Assembly: GCA_964616075.1 (NCBI GenBank)
Contig: CAZTRA010000002.1
Location: forward strand, 40,473-96,352
DNA length: 55,880 nucleotides
Source of the DNA: an uncultured Candidatus Saccharibacteria bacterium
Lineage (GTDB): Bacteria; Patescibacteriota; Minisyncoccia; Phycocordibacterales; DSPV01
Direction of reading: 5' to 3'
The stretch's first letter is position 1, and each line of letters begins with the position of its first letter. The position numbers were made by a program, and so were the translations under genes. The notes under the pieces were generated by a model. That model saw nothing but the letters and a program-made list of their open reading frames with translations, was not told the DNA's origin and searched no databases. This document shows positions 1 to 7,377 of this stretch, one piece after another.

Positions 1-301
1 ACTCTTCTGGAACAGTCGCAAGTGCGAATGTGACAAATGTGTCTGTTTCGTGTTCCACAAATACATACACGATCGGCGGCACAGTTAGTGGATTAACTGG
101 GACAGTAGTGTTGCAAAATAATTCTGGAGACAACGAAAGTATCTCCAGTAGCGGTGCGTTCACCTTTGATACGTCGTTGAGTAATGGTGCTTCGTATGCC
201 GTCACTGTGTTGACACAACCAACCGGTCAGACGTGTACTGTGTCGAACTCTTCTGGAACAGTCGCAAGTGCGAATGTGACAAATGTGTCTGTTTCGTGTT
301 C
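1..301 (+). repeat. Direct repeat. Bases 1..55 are identical to 247..301, a 246-nt period equal to one protein repeat unit.
   Basis: Base-by-base comparison: actcttctggaacagtcgcaagtgcgaatgtgacaaatgtgtctgtttcgtgttc is present at both positions, and the copies diverge at the next base. Confidence 0.9.
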
Positions 302-1010
302 AAATCGTGGGGGCGGTAATTTGCCTATCATGTGGACATCACCAGTTATGCTGAAAAATCGATTTGGATTGCGTATAAATGGCGGAGCACCAATAACTTC
401 GAGTAGAAATGTTGTTTTGGAGTTTAACGCCGCAACAGATATTAAGGAAATAGCGATATCAATGACTGGAGATTTCACTGACGCGAGCCAAGAAAATTAT
501 GTTGCCTCTAGACCATGGGATTTGTGTTCAAAAATTGGCGGCTTAGTTAGGTACCCAACCTGTCCGGATGGAATATATACTGTTCACGCGAAATTTTATA
601 CTGCTTACGGTCTTTCTTCTGCTGTTGCGGTAGCTTCGAGTACTATTATTCTAAAATCGGGAGCTGTGTTGACGAATTTGCAACAAGCAGTCAATGTACC
701 GTTTACAAATCCACTCACTAAAAAATTGCGATACAAGCAAACACACGCGGATGTTAAACGTTTGCAAATCTTCTTAAATTCCGATCCGGATACAAAGTTG
801 GCCAATTCGGGTGTTGGTTCTCCGGGTAGAGAAACAAACTATTTTGGTTTCTTAACTCTCAAATCGGTTATTAAATTCCAAGAAAAACACGCTAAAGATG
901 TTTTGTTGCCTGAAGACCTAACGAAAGGTACCGGATATGTTGGAGAAGCTACTTTGGCAAAAATTAATGAGTTAATTCACTCGACAAAATTATCGGCAAA
1001 TATAGATTAA
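1..1010 (+). CDS. Cell-surface protein, 3' part only (gene starts upstream of the window). It has ~82-aa beta-sandwich-type repeats followed by a C-terminal peptidoglycan-binding (PG_binding_1-like) domain.
   Basis: The track ORF 30..1010 starts at an internal GTG, but the same frame is open back to base 3. The unit SNSSGTVASANVTNVSVSCS...LTQPTGQTCTV occurs twice. The C-terminus (LRYKQTHADVKRLQIFLN...GSPGRETNYFGFLTLKSVIKFQEKH...GTGYVGEATLAKINEL) follows the PG-binding pattern and parallels the N-terminal module of the 47633..51172 protein. Confidence 0.75.
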   Translation, partial: SSGTVASANVTNVSVSCSTNTYTIGGTVSGLTGTVVLQNNSGDNESISSSGAFTFDTSLSNGASYAVTVLTQPTGQTCTVSNSSGTVASANVTNVSVSCSNRGGGNLPIMWTSPVMLKNRFGLRINGGAPITSSRNVVLEFNAATDIKEIAISMTGDFTDASQENYVASRPWDLCSKIGGLVRYPTCPDGIYTVHAKFYTAYGLSSAVAVASSTIILKSGAVLTNLQQAVNVPFTNPLTKKLRYKQTHADVKRLQIFLNSDPDTKLANSGVGSPGRETNYFGFLTLKSVIKFQEKHAKDVLLPEDLTKGTGYVGEATLAKINELIHSTKLSANID

Positions 1011-1122
1011 AGTTGTGTAGATGGGGGTGGTTGTCAAATAACTGTTTCTTATTTGCAGAAGAGATACGCTTTCTATTTTTTGGCGTTAGAATAATAGTAT
1101 GTACTATTAATTTGTTATATGT

Positions 1123-1551
1123 ATGCCTGCAAAGAAACAAACAAAGACATCAGTTCGTGTGAAGAAGATTTCTGGCAAAAAGAAAAAAAGTGTCTTAAAA
1201 AACAAATCAATAATAAAGAGGGCCGTCAAAAAAACAATAAAGAAAGGGGTTAAAAAAATAGTCAGGAAACAAATTAAATCAGTTACATCGACTATCATAC
1301 CAATTCCGGGGAAGAAGATTGGTGAAGTGACTCATTGGTACGGCAACATTAATGTTGCGATTATCAAACTACGCGCACCACTTTCTGTGGGTGATCGGGT
1401 TATGATTGTTCGTGGAGAGGAGCGACACGAAGAAGCAATTACTTCGATACAGATTGATCATGTGCCGGTTAAGAAGGCGCTCAAGGGTGCTGAAGTGGGA
1501 GTGTTGGTCACAGAGGTAGCTCATGAGGGAGCAGAGGTATATCGTTTCTAA
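1123..1551 (+). CDS. Lys-rich basic N-terminal tail fused to a small EF-Tu-domain-2-like beta-barrel (the type usually annotated 'translation elongation factor-like protein').
   Basis: By my count, 25 of the first 66 residues are K or R. The C-terminal ~75 aa (IGEVTHWYGNINVAIIKLRAPLSVGDRVMIVRGEE...GAEVGVLV) resembles the stand-alone EF-Tu D2-like barrel family. The antisense ORF 1107..1298 is a low-complexity artefact. Confidence 0.6.
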   Translation: MPAKKQTKTSVRVKKISGKKKKSVLKNKSIIKRAVKKTIKKGVKKIVRKQIKSVTSTIIPIPGKKIGEVTHWYGNINVAIIKLRAPLSVGDRVMIVRGEERHEEAITSIQIDHVPVKKALKGAEVGVLVTEVAHEGAEVYRF

Positions 1552-1555
1552 TGTT

Positions 1556-2110
1556 ATGGCACTCTATACACGAAAGGGGGATACAGGGACTACAAAAACA
1601 TTCGGTTGTGATCAGCGAATCAGTAAATCGAGTCTGGTCGCAGAGGCACTTGGCTCGCTCGACGAAACAAATTCTTTTTTAGGATTGTGTCGTTCGGGTG
1701 CTCAGGCAAAAAAATTGTCTTTTCATAAGCGATCAGTCGCCGATATGGTATGTGATGTACAGCAGGCGCTTTTTATTGTGCAGGCTGAGTTGGCCGGTGC
1801 GCAGAAAACGATGCCCGAACGGCGGGTGAAAGACATTGAAGAGATTGTTGATGGTATAGAAAAATTATTACCACCAATAAAATCTTTTTTCATTCCCGGA
1901 GCTGCAGAGTTGTCAGCACGGTTTGATGCTGCGCGTACCATTGCCCGACGGGCGGAGCGTCGTGTGGTAGCGGTGGTGGAAGAGGGGAGGGTGAAGGTAG
2001 GGGCTCACTCGCTTGCGTACCTAAACCGACTCTCGTCGTTGTTATATGCGTTGGCTCGTTTTGCTAATTATAAAGAGAAAGTGAAAGAGACCCCGCCGAG
2101 TTATACGTAG
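1556..2110 (+). CDS. PduO-type ATP:cob(I)alamin adenosyltransferase.
   Basis: The N-terminal YTRKGDTGTT signature and helical-bundle length fit the family. I placed the start at the in-frame ATG 1556 (MALYTRKGD), not track position 1523, which would overlap the previous gene. Confidence 0.8.
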   Translation: MALYTRKGDTGTTKTFGCDQRISKSSLVAEALGSLDETNSFLGLCRSGAQAKKLSFHKRSVADMVCDVQQALFIVQAELAGAQKTMPERRVKDIEEIVDGIEKLLPPIKSFFIPGAAELSARFDAARTIARRAERRVVAVVEEGRVKVGAHSLAYLNRLSSLLYALARFANYKEKVKETPPSYT

Positions 2111-2135
2111 GATATTATTTTTTAAGTGCATTACT

Positions 2136-2756
2136 ATGATGAAAGAGGGCATATCTTTGTTGAATAACATTCCAGAAGAAGAACAGGTGGATATGGAAAC
2201 TTCCCCGGTTACCGCCGAAGAAATGCAAGCTGAGGCAGAAGCAATGAGAGTTGCGGTTGAAAGTGTACATGTACCTGATGGTGCCCCGGTTGATTTAATA
2301 AAGGAAAGTAGCCCTGTTCCTGAAATTGGAATAGAAGTTATTCCTGAAGAAATTATCCCGATTCCGCAAGAAGGCAAGAAAGAAGACATTGTTCAGGAAG
2401 CACATAATTCTGATGAGAATCGTTTACACACAGTACGAGCTGAGTTGAACAAAGGTCAGCAAGGTGAGGATGTGGAAAAGGAATGGGGCACCCCTCCTGT
2501 TCTTCCTCCTGGAGAAATTCCTGATGATGGTGGCGAGGGTGATTTTGGAGGCGAGCGTAGACCGCGACTCTCTGCTACTTCAGAATCAGAATTGACTTAT
2601 AAAAAGTGTGAAAAATGTAAAGGAGCCGGCCGTCTCTTTGGAGCAGCTTCATTTATACCGTTTATTGGGAAAATTTTAGACCAGTGTTCCGAGTGCGATG
2701 GAACAGGAAAGATTGTGTCTGGTAAACGTGCAAGAGAGACAATCTACCATTACTAA
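2136..2756 (+). CDS. Acidic Glu/Pro-rich protein with two C-terminal DnaJ-type CxxCxGxG zinc-finger motifs.
   Basis: CEKCKGAG and CSECDGTG lie near the C-terminus. The N-terminal ~150 aa is rich in E, P and D. No J-domain was seen. Confidence 0.6.
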   Translation: MMKEGISLLNNIPEEEQVDMETSPVTAEEMQAEAEAMRVAVESVHVPDGAPVDLIKESSPVPEIGIEVIPEEIIPIPQEGKKEDIVQEAHNSDENRLHTVRAELNKGQQGEDVEKEWGTPPVLPPGEIPDDGGEGDFGGERRPRLSATSESELTYKKCEKCKGAGRLFGAASFIPFIGKILDQCSECDGTGKIVSGKRARETIYHY

Positions 2757-2812
2757 CTCGACGCAAACTGATTTCATTGATATAAATGGAGGGCTGCACT
2801 GTAGCAGCATAT

Positions 2813-2885
2813 GGTGTCTATAGTGTAATGGTTAGCACAAGGGTCTGTGGATCCCTTAGTTCGGGTTCAAATCCCGATAGACACC
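2813..2885 (+). tRNA. tRNA-His (anticodon GTG) with genomically encoded G-1 and discriminator C73. No CCA is encoded.
   Basis: Manual cloverleaf. The acceptor GTGTCTA/TAGACAC has 7 perfect pairs, and G2813 sits opposite C2885. The D stem is GTGT/GCAC, the anticodon loop is CTGTGGA, and the T arm is TCGGG-TTCAAAT-CCCGA. Confidence 0.9.
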
Positions 2886-2998
2886 CAAAAATAAGAAACA
2901 GAGCGACTATATTTTTGGTGTGCCTTGAAGAGTCTGCGACGTAGGGCACCCAGCGATAATTATTTGGGAAACATCTCGTAGGCTCACCCCATTAATTT

Positions 2999-3027
2999 TT
3001 GACATTATATAAAGTTGATGTTACACA
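2999..3027 (+). promoter_or_regulatory. Putative sigma70-type promoter for the 3129 gene: TTGACA, a 17-nt spacer ending in the extended -10 TG, then TACACA.
   Basis: TTGACA is at 2999..3004 and TGTTACACA at 3019..3027. A ~95-nt leader follows, containing the GGGG-ACGGAT-CCCC hairpin. Confidence 0.45.
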
Positions 3028-3128
3028 TAGAGGTAGCGTATTTTGCATGTTCTTTCGCAACTAGAGCCGTTGGAGTAAACGGCGTAAAACAACTCTCGTA
3101 TGGGGACGGATCCCCTTGTGTATGACAA

Positions 3129-3743
3129 ATGAAAATAAGGAAAATCGCGGTAATTCACGAAATACCTGTGCAAGTCACTGAGCAATGGTACGACATAGCG
3201 CATGGATATCAACAGAGGCGCAAAGAGTTAGATGACGTTATCTGGTATGACTGGACGAAGTTGCCGTGGTGGGCGTATACGTACTTGAACCCTACCAACT
3301 TCACCGCCCGTTTCGTGTACTACGAAGTTTTGAAATCCGATCCGCGGCAACGTGGTCTCGATCGCCGTCAGGCGTTGAGGGCGCTTCAGAGAATGAAATT
3401 GCTTCCTCCGAGATTGGAACATGTGGCGGCGCTCGCAAGCCAGACCATAACAAGCCAAGAAGTTTGCAAATTCTGTGTCCGCGAGCCGCTTGATCCATTA
3501 GTGGTTGTTTGCCCCACTTCTTTTAATCCCGAGTACCCTGATTTTTATTGGTTTGGTGCTCATCAAAAAGTATTTGGTAGCCGAGATTATGTGGGGTGTT
3601 TCCGAAGAACGTGTTACAGGCGTGTCCGGAACGAAGGCGGCCTTTACTTCGGGGAGTACGCATATCATACTCTTGACTCACCGCCAGTCATGCGCAATGT
3701 AGAACATCATTACCCGGTTATCATGGGAATCGTGCCCTCATAG
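3129..3743 (+). CDS. Hypothetical protein (orphan, Trp/Tyr/Arg-rich) ending in ...PVIMGIVPS.
   Basis: A 204-aa ORF with its own promoter-like element and a strong terminator. It is locally G+C-rich, which explains the three extra overlapping ORFs of 65 aa or more in other frames. Confidence 0.6.
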   Translation: MKIRKIAVIHEIPVQVTEQWYDIAHGYQQRRKELDDVIWYDWTKLPWWAYTYLNPTNFTARFVYYEVLKSDPRQRGLDRRQALRALQRMKLLPPRLEHVAALASQTITSQEVCKFCVREPLDPLVVVCPTSFNPEYPDFYWFGAHQKVFGSRDYVGCFRRTCYRRVRNEGGLYFGEYAYHTLDSPPVMRNVEHHYPVIMGIVPS

Positions 3744-3774
3744 CGTTCGTTCTGTATTGTTGAAAAATCCCAAG

Positions 3775-3801
3775 CCCACGGTTGAAACCCGTGGGTTTTT
3801 T
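3775..3801 (+). terminator. Rho-independent terminator.
   Basis: CCCACGG-loop-CCGTGGG followed by TTTTTT. Confidence 0.8.
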
Positions 3802-3943
3802 ATATCAACTAAATTCGAAACCGCGCCAGTACGTTACTCCTTAAAGGACCGTTAGACAGTTCTAAGACCAGTTCAATACCTAAAAGTTGTATCTTGTCGT
3901 AATACTTTTGGTTTTTTTGTGTGATAGACATCCTCGGGGATTA

Positions 3944-3971
3944 TTGACAAATAGACTGAAAGTGATATAAT
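3944..3971 (+). promoter_or_regulatory. Near-consensus sigma70 promoter for the 4049 gene.
   Basis: TTGACA (3944..3949), a 16-nt spacer, then TGaTATAAT (3963..3971). The ~70-nt leader carries a CCTCT...AGAGG hairpin (3991..4022) and an AAGGA motif 7 nt before the ATG. Confidence 0.65.
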
Positions 3972-4048
3972 TAAAGTAGAATACAGTACACCTCTCGCTG
4001 TCTTCGGTATAAGGGGTAGAGGCTCTTTCAAAACAAAAAGGATAAAAA

Positions 4049-4687
4049 ATGAGACAAAAAAGTCTCGAGCAGCACACGGCGCAAGATTTCGCTGGACTGC
4101 AAATTGACCTGTTGAACAAACTGCGCCACGGTAACATCACCGTTGCACAGCTGAAATGGTTTAACAACCTTTCATTCGAGCAACGTGAAGCCTTAATGGG
4201 CAAGCAACCTGAAAAGGTGCTGTACCTCAAACTGCTTTCTGGAGCCGAAACACTGATGCTTGATGCCCTCGACGGCAAAGAGACATTGGCAACTGCCAAG
4301 GAAGTGTTTCTGTCCGGCATAGACGGTGACTTCAAAAACTTTGGCACCAACAAACCGGGCATCGCCACTAAAGAACAAGGGGTAGATGTTTACGAAATAG
4401 TAAAGGATGGCACCTTTGCACAAGTGTTTAGTTCACTCGAAACGGATCTTGACAAGCTGTGTCTGACACAAGCCCAGATAAAGAACTTTTGTAAAAAGCA
4501 TCCTCAGTGGCTGCGTCAAAAAAGCTACGCTACATTCTTCTTGTTTAAGGTTGAGGGCCAGTTCTTCGTTGCTTACGTGTTCGTGCGCCTTGGCGGCTTG
4601 CGCGTGAGCGTCTACCGGTTCGAGTGCGGCCTCGTGTGGTATGCCGAGCACTCCTTTCGTATGGTGGTTCCGCAACTGACCGCTTAG
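4049..4687 (+). CDS. Hypothetical protein, member of the dispersed orphan family (paralog of 38688..39188).
   Basis: Alignable by eye with the 38688 product: ETLATAKEVF/ETLANASDVF, DFKNFGTNKPGIAT/NFKNYGTNVPSPAT, VYEIVKDG/VYEIVKNG, LCLTQAQI/LCLPQDKI, ATFFLFKV..FFVA/ATLFLFQV..FFVA, MVVPQ/VVVPH. Confidence 0.75.
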   Translation: MRQKSLEQHTAQDFAGLQIDLLNKLRHGNITVAQLKWFNNLSFEQREALMGKQPEKVLYLKLLSGAETLMLDALDGKETLATAKEVFLSGIDGDFKNFGTNKPGIATKEQGVDVYEIVKDGTFAQVFSSLETDLDKLCLTQAQIKNFCKKHPQWLRQKSYATFFLFKVEGQFFVAYVFVRLGGLRVSVYRFECGLVWYAEHSFRMVVPQLTA

Positions 4688-4717
4688 AACCTTTTGTTCT
4701 GACCCTTATGTACTTAG

Positions 4718-4753
4718 TCCCTTTGATTCTTCGGAATTGAAGGGATTTTTTTT
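4718..4753 (+). terminator. Rho-independent terminator.
   Basis: A long stem (TCCCTTTGATTC-TTCG-GAATTGAAGGGA) followed by T8. Confidence 0.85.
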
Positions 4754-4951
4754 ATTTTTGTATAATGCTCATGCGGTGGTGCTGTATGTCATAGCTATGG
4801 TGTCATTATGTTTGTTCAAAATCATCATCGAGAATTTTTTCAGCTACGGTTTTTAAAAGATTGGGGAGCGTGTTACAAAAATTTTTAATTTGCATAACGT
4901 GCGTGTGGACTTCTGGGTCTCGCATAAAATTCAGCTAGGTATAATGACTAT

Positions 4952-5395
4952 ATGAGCATTCAATCAATCGATATAAAACTTATTACTTTTTTTCGAAAGT
5001 TATCTTTACTTGTTGCACGTTGTGCTTTGTTCATTGTTTTTTTCTGGTTCGGTCTTTTGAAAGTTATCGGATTAAGTCCGGCAAGTGCACTTGTACAGCA
5101 TTTATTTGAACAGACCGTTCCGTTTATGACATTCCCAACATTTATTGTTCTCTTCGGTTTATTTGAATGTCTTATTGGTATCTTATTTTTGATTAAAGGG
5201 GCAGAGCGGGTGGTGTTGCCATTACTTGCGTTCCATATGGTGACTACATTCATGCCACTTATATTTCTGCCGACTGAGACGTGGAGTAGTTTTCTCGCAC
5301 CCACTCTTGAAGGTCAGTACATTATTAAAAATGTAGTGATTATTGCGGCGGCTATGGGTATTGCCGCTCATTTGCACCCTTTGCAAAAAACATAG
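4952..5395 (+). CDS. Small polytopic membrane protein (DoxX/DUF417-like).
   Basis: Four hydrophobic segments. The overall pattern (FFWFGLLKV..SPA, ECLIG, GQYIIKN) resembles the DUF417/DoxX families. The family call is tentative. Confidence 0.55.
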   Translation: MSIQSIDIKLITFFRKLSLLVARCALFIVFFWFGLLKVIGLSPASALVQHLFEQTVPFMTFPTFIVLFGLFECLIGILFLIKGAERVVLPLLAFHMVTTFMPLIFLPTETWSSFLAPTLEGQYIIKNVVIIAAAMGIAAHLHPLQKT

Positions 5396-5426
5396 TAAAT
5401 TCTGGTTTTTTTGCTATACTTTTTTC

Positions 5427-5648
5427 ATGAAAGAGGGAATCGTGGTTGAGGCCCCGCAGAGTGACGTTGAAGTCGCATATGCTCAAATTATGCAAATTGT
5501 TGCAGAGCTTGCTGCGTGGGGTCATAACGATAGTGAGATTCCATGTCTGCACGCTATTGCTCGTGGGGTTAGAGAGGGTACATTGTCGCCAGAAGACGGC
5601 CTTCAGCAGGCTCGTCAGATTGAGTCTACTAAACAGGATTATCACTGA
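5427..5648 (+). CDS. Hypothetical small soluble protein (73 aa).
   Basis: The start is the in-frame ATG 5427 (MKEGIVVEAP...). The track start 5343 would overlap the upstream membrane-protein gene. A strong terminator follows. Confidence 0.5.
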   Translation: MKEGIVVEAPQSDVEVAYAQIMQIVAELAAWGHNDSEIPCLHAIARGVREGTLSPEDGLQQARQIESTKQDYH

Positions 5649-5656
5649 CTCTTCTT

Positions 5657-5683
5657 GCCCCGACATTACTGTCGGGGCTTTTT
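5657..5683 (+). terminator. Rho-independent terminator.
   Basis: GCCCCGAC-ATTACT-GTCGGGGC followed by TTTTT. Confidence 0.85.
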
Positions 5684-5762
5684 ATACGCAGCTTATTTCT
5701 GTGTTATCTCAACAGGTTTCTTGTGTAATGAGGGTATAATATAAACAGCTTCTTTATTTTTT

Positions 5763-6794
5763 ATGCAACAACCTGAAGCAGAGAAAACCGATTTAATCCC
5801 GATCATTTTTAGAGGGGTGGTGGCTCTTTTGGCGACCGTGTACTTTTTCTCTGTTGCGATGAGTGAGACGGGAGCGTATATGATGAGCAGTCTTGATGTG
5901 GTATTTCATGAAGCAGGTCATACGCTCGCGTTCTTTTTGCCAAAAATAATGCACGTCATGGCAGGTTCGTTGCTGCAGGTTGTGATTCCGTTTGGTCTTT
6001 TTGTTTATTTTTTTGTAAAGGATGTTCGTTTTGGTGCTGCGCTTATGTTGTTTTGGTTTGGTCAGAGCGTGGTGGGAGTGTCTATATATGCGCGAGATGC
6101 CATTGCTATGCAGCTTCCACTCCTTGGTGGTGAAGCGGTTATTCATGATTGGAATTACTTGTTTACTGTATTGGGCGTATTGGAACACACTAAAACAATC
6201 GCGGACATGATCTATGGGGTTGGTTTGGTTAGTCTGACTGTGGGGTCTATTTTGTCTTTATTTTATTCTTTTCCTCAAAAGCGGACAGATTTATTGATCG
6301 CGTACGGGATAGTGGTGTTGTACAAACATAATGTGCTTTTGGTACAGCAGGCATCTGGTAAATGGGCAATTCCTTTTGGGTTGAGGCAAGATAGGGAAGA
6401 TGACACGGTTGCAGCCAAACGCATTGTGTTGCAACAAACAGGTTTTTCTGTAGGTCTCTCGGGAGTACCAACTATCGTTGAAACCACGGGCAAGGAGTTG
6501 CAGTTGCCGGACATGTACACACTTTGTCCGGTACGATTGTATGTGTTTCGGGGTACAGTTCTTGGCGAGACCATGAAAGATGTTGCCATTCGCGACGGGA
6601 CGGCACTTGTGCCGGTGGCAACACTTGATGGATCGTCGTTCATTGCACCCTGGGTGGCGCCACTTATTACACTGGAAGCGAATGGTTCCACAGTTGTGTT
6701 TAAAGATGTGTCTCGCTATGCTGAGGTGAAGAAGGGAAAAACAATGCCGACACATCGGCAGTCACTATTACATAATCCTGAGGCGTTGTTATAA
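5763..6794 (+). CDS. Fusion protein: a polytopic membrane domain with an HExxH motif (M50/site-2-protease-like) plus a C-terminal Nudix-fold domain with a degenerate Nudix box.
   Basis: HEAGH (nt 5907..5921) lies inside the hydrophobic N-terminal ~170 aa. The C-terminal box GLRQDREDDTVAAKRIVLQQTGF (nt 6378..6446) fits Gx5Ex7REUxEExGU, except that RE is RI and EE is QQ. Confidence 0.65.
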   Translation: MQQPEAEKTDLIPIIFRGVVALLATVYFFSVAMSETGAYMMSSLDVVFHEAGHTLAFFLPKIMHVMAGSLLQVVIPFGLFVYFFVKDVRFGAALMLFWFGQSVVGVSIYARDAIAMQLPLLGGEAVIHDWNYLFTVLGVLEHTKTIADMIYGVGLVSLTVGSILSLFYSFPQKRTDLLIAYGIVVLYKHNVLLVQQASGKWAIPFGLRQDREDDTVAAKRIVLQQTGFSVGLSGVPTIVETTGKELQLPDMYTLCPVRLYVFRGTVLGETMKDVAIRDGTALVPVATLDGSSFIAPWVAPLITLEANGSTVVFKDVSRYAEVKKGKTMPTHRQSLLHNPEALL

Positions 6795-6806
6795 GACTAT
6801 TGTCCT

Positions 6807-7361
6807 ATGAGGAATATATTGACCTGGGTATTGGTTACAATAAGTGTGATACTTGCGTTTTGGTTTGCAAGAAGTGGCGGGGTGTTATTCGTCATTAGTT
6901 TTTTTGAGTCGGTGCCATGGCTCGCAGCGTTTTTGGCAGGCGTTGGCTTTTCTTCGATTTTCACCACCGCTCCTGCAATGATTGCACTTGGATCTTTGGG
7001 TGCGGCGTATGGTCCTTGGTATGTGGCGGTATATGGTGGAGTAGGGGCACTGCTTGGGGATTTGGTGATTTTGAAGGTAATGAAAGTTACTGCGTCCGCT
7101 GCGGCGCAGCCTGTTGCCCGTATTGTTCCTTCGCCGCGCTTTTTACAATTGAAGAGGCTTCGCCACACCCTTTCCCATGGACCGTTAAAGGTAGTATTAT
7201 GGCTCATTGGCGGTACTATTATTGCTTCCCCGCTTCCTGATGAGCTTGGTTTGGCAGTGCTTGGATTAAGTAAAGTATCATTGCGATTTTTAATACCTAT
7301 TTCATACACATTTAATACAATCGGCATTGCCCTCATAGGTTTTATCGCTTCGTCGCTGTAA
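6807..7361 (+). CDS. Integral membrane protein, family unassigned.
   Basis: Five to six hydrophobic segments. Preferred over the 214-aa antisense ORF 6797..7441, whose product looks like the mirror of a membrane protein. Confidence 0.6.
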   Translation: MRNILTWVLVTISVILAFWFARSGGVLFVISFFESVPWLAAFLAGVGFSSIFTTAPAMIALGSLGAAYGPWYVAVYGGVGALLGDLVILKVMKVTASAAAQPVARIVPSPRFLQLKRLRHTLSHGPLKVVLWLIGGTIIASPLPDELGLAVLGLSKVSLRFLIPISYTFNTIGIALIGFIASSL

Positions 7362-7377
7362 TACATTCGCGCACCGT

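Noticed and set aside
2813-4753. An integrated mobile element at tRNA-His.
   Set aside because: I saw no integrase or recombinase ORF and no direct repeat of the tRNA 3' end downstream. Only the compositional and architectural oddity is reported.
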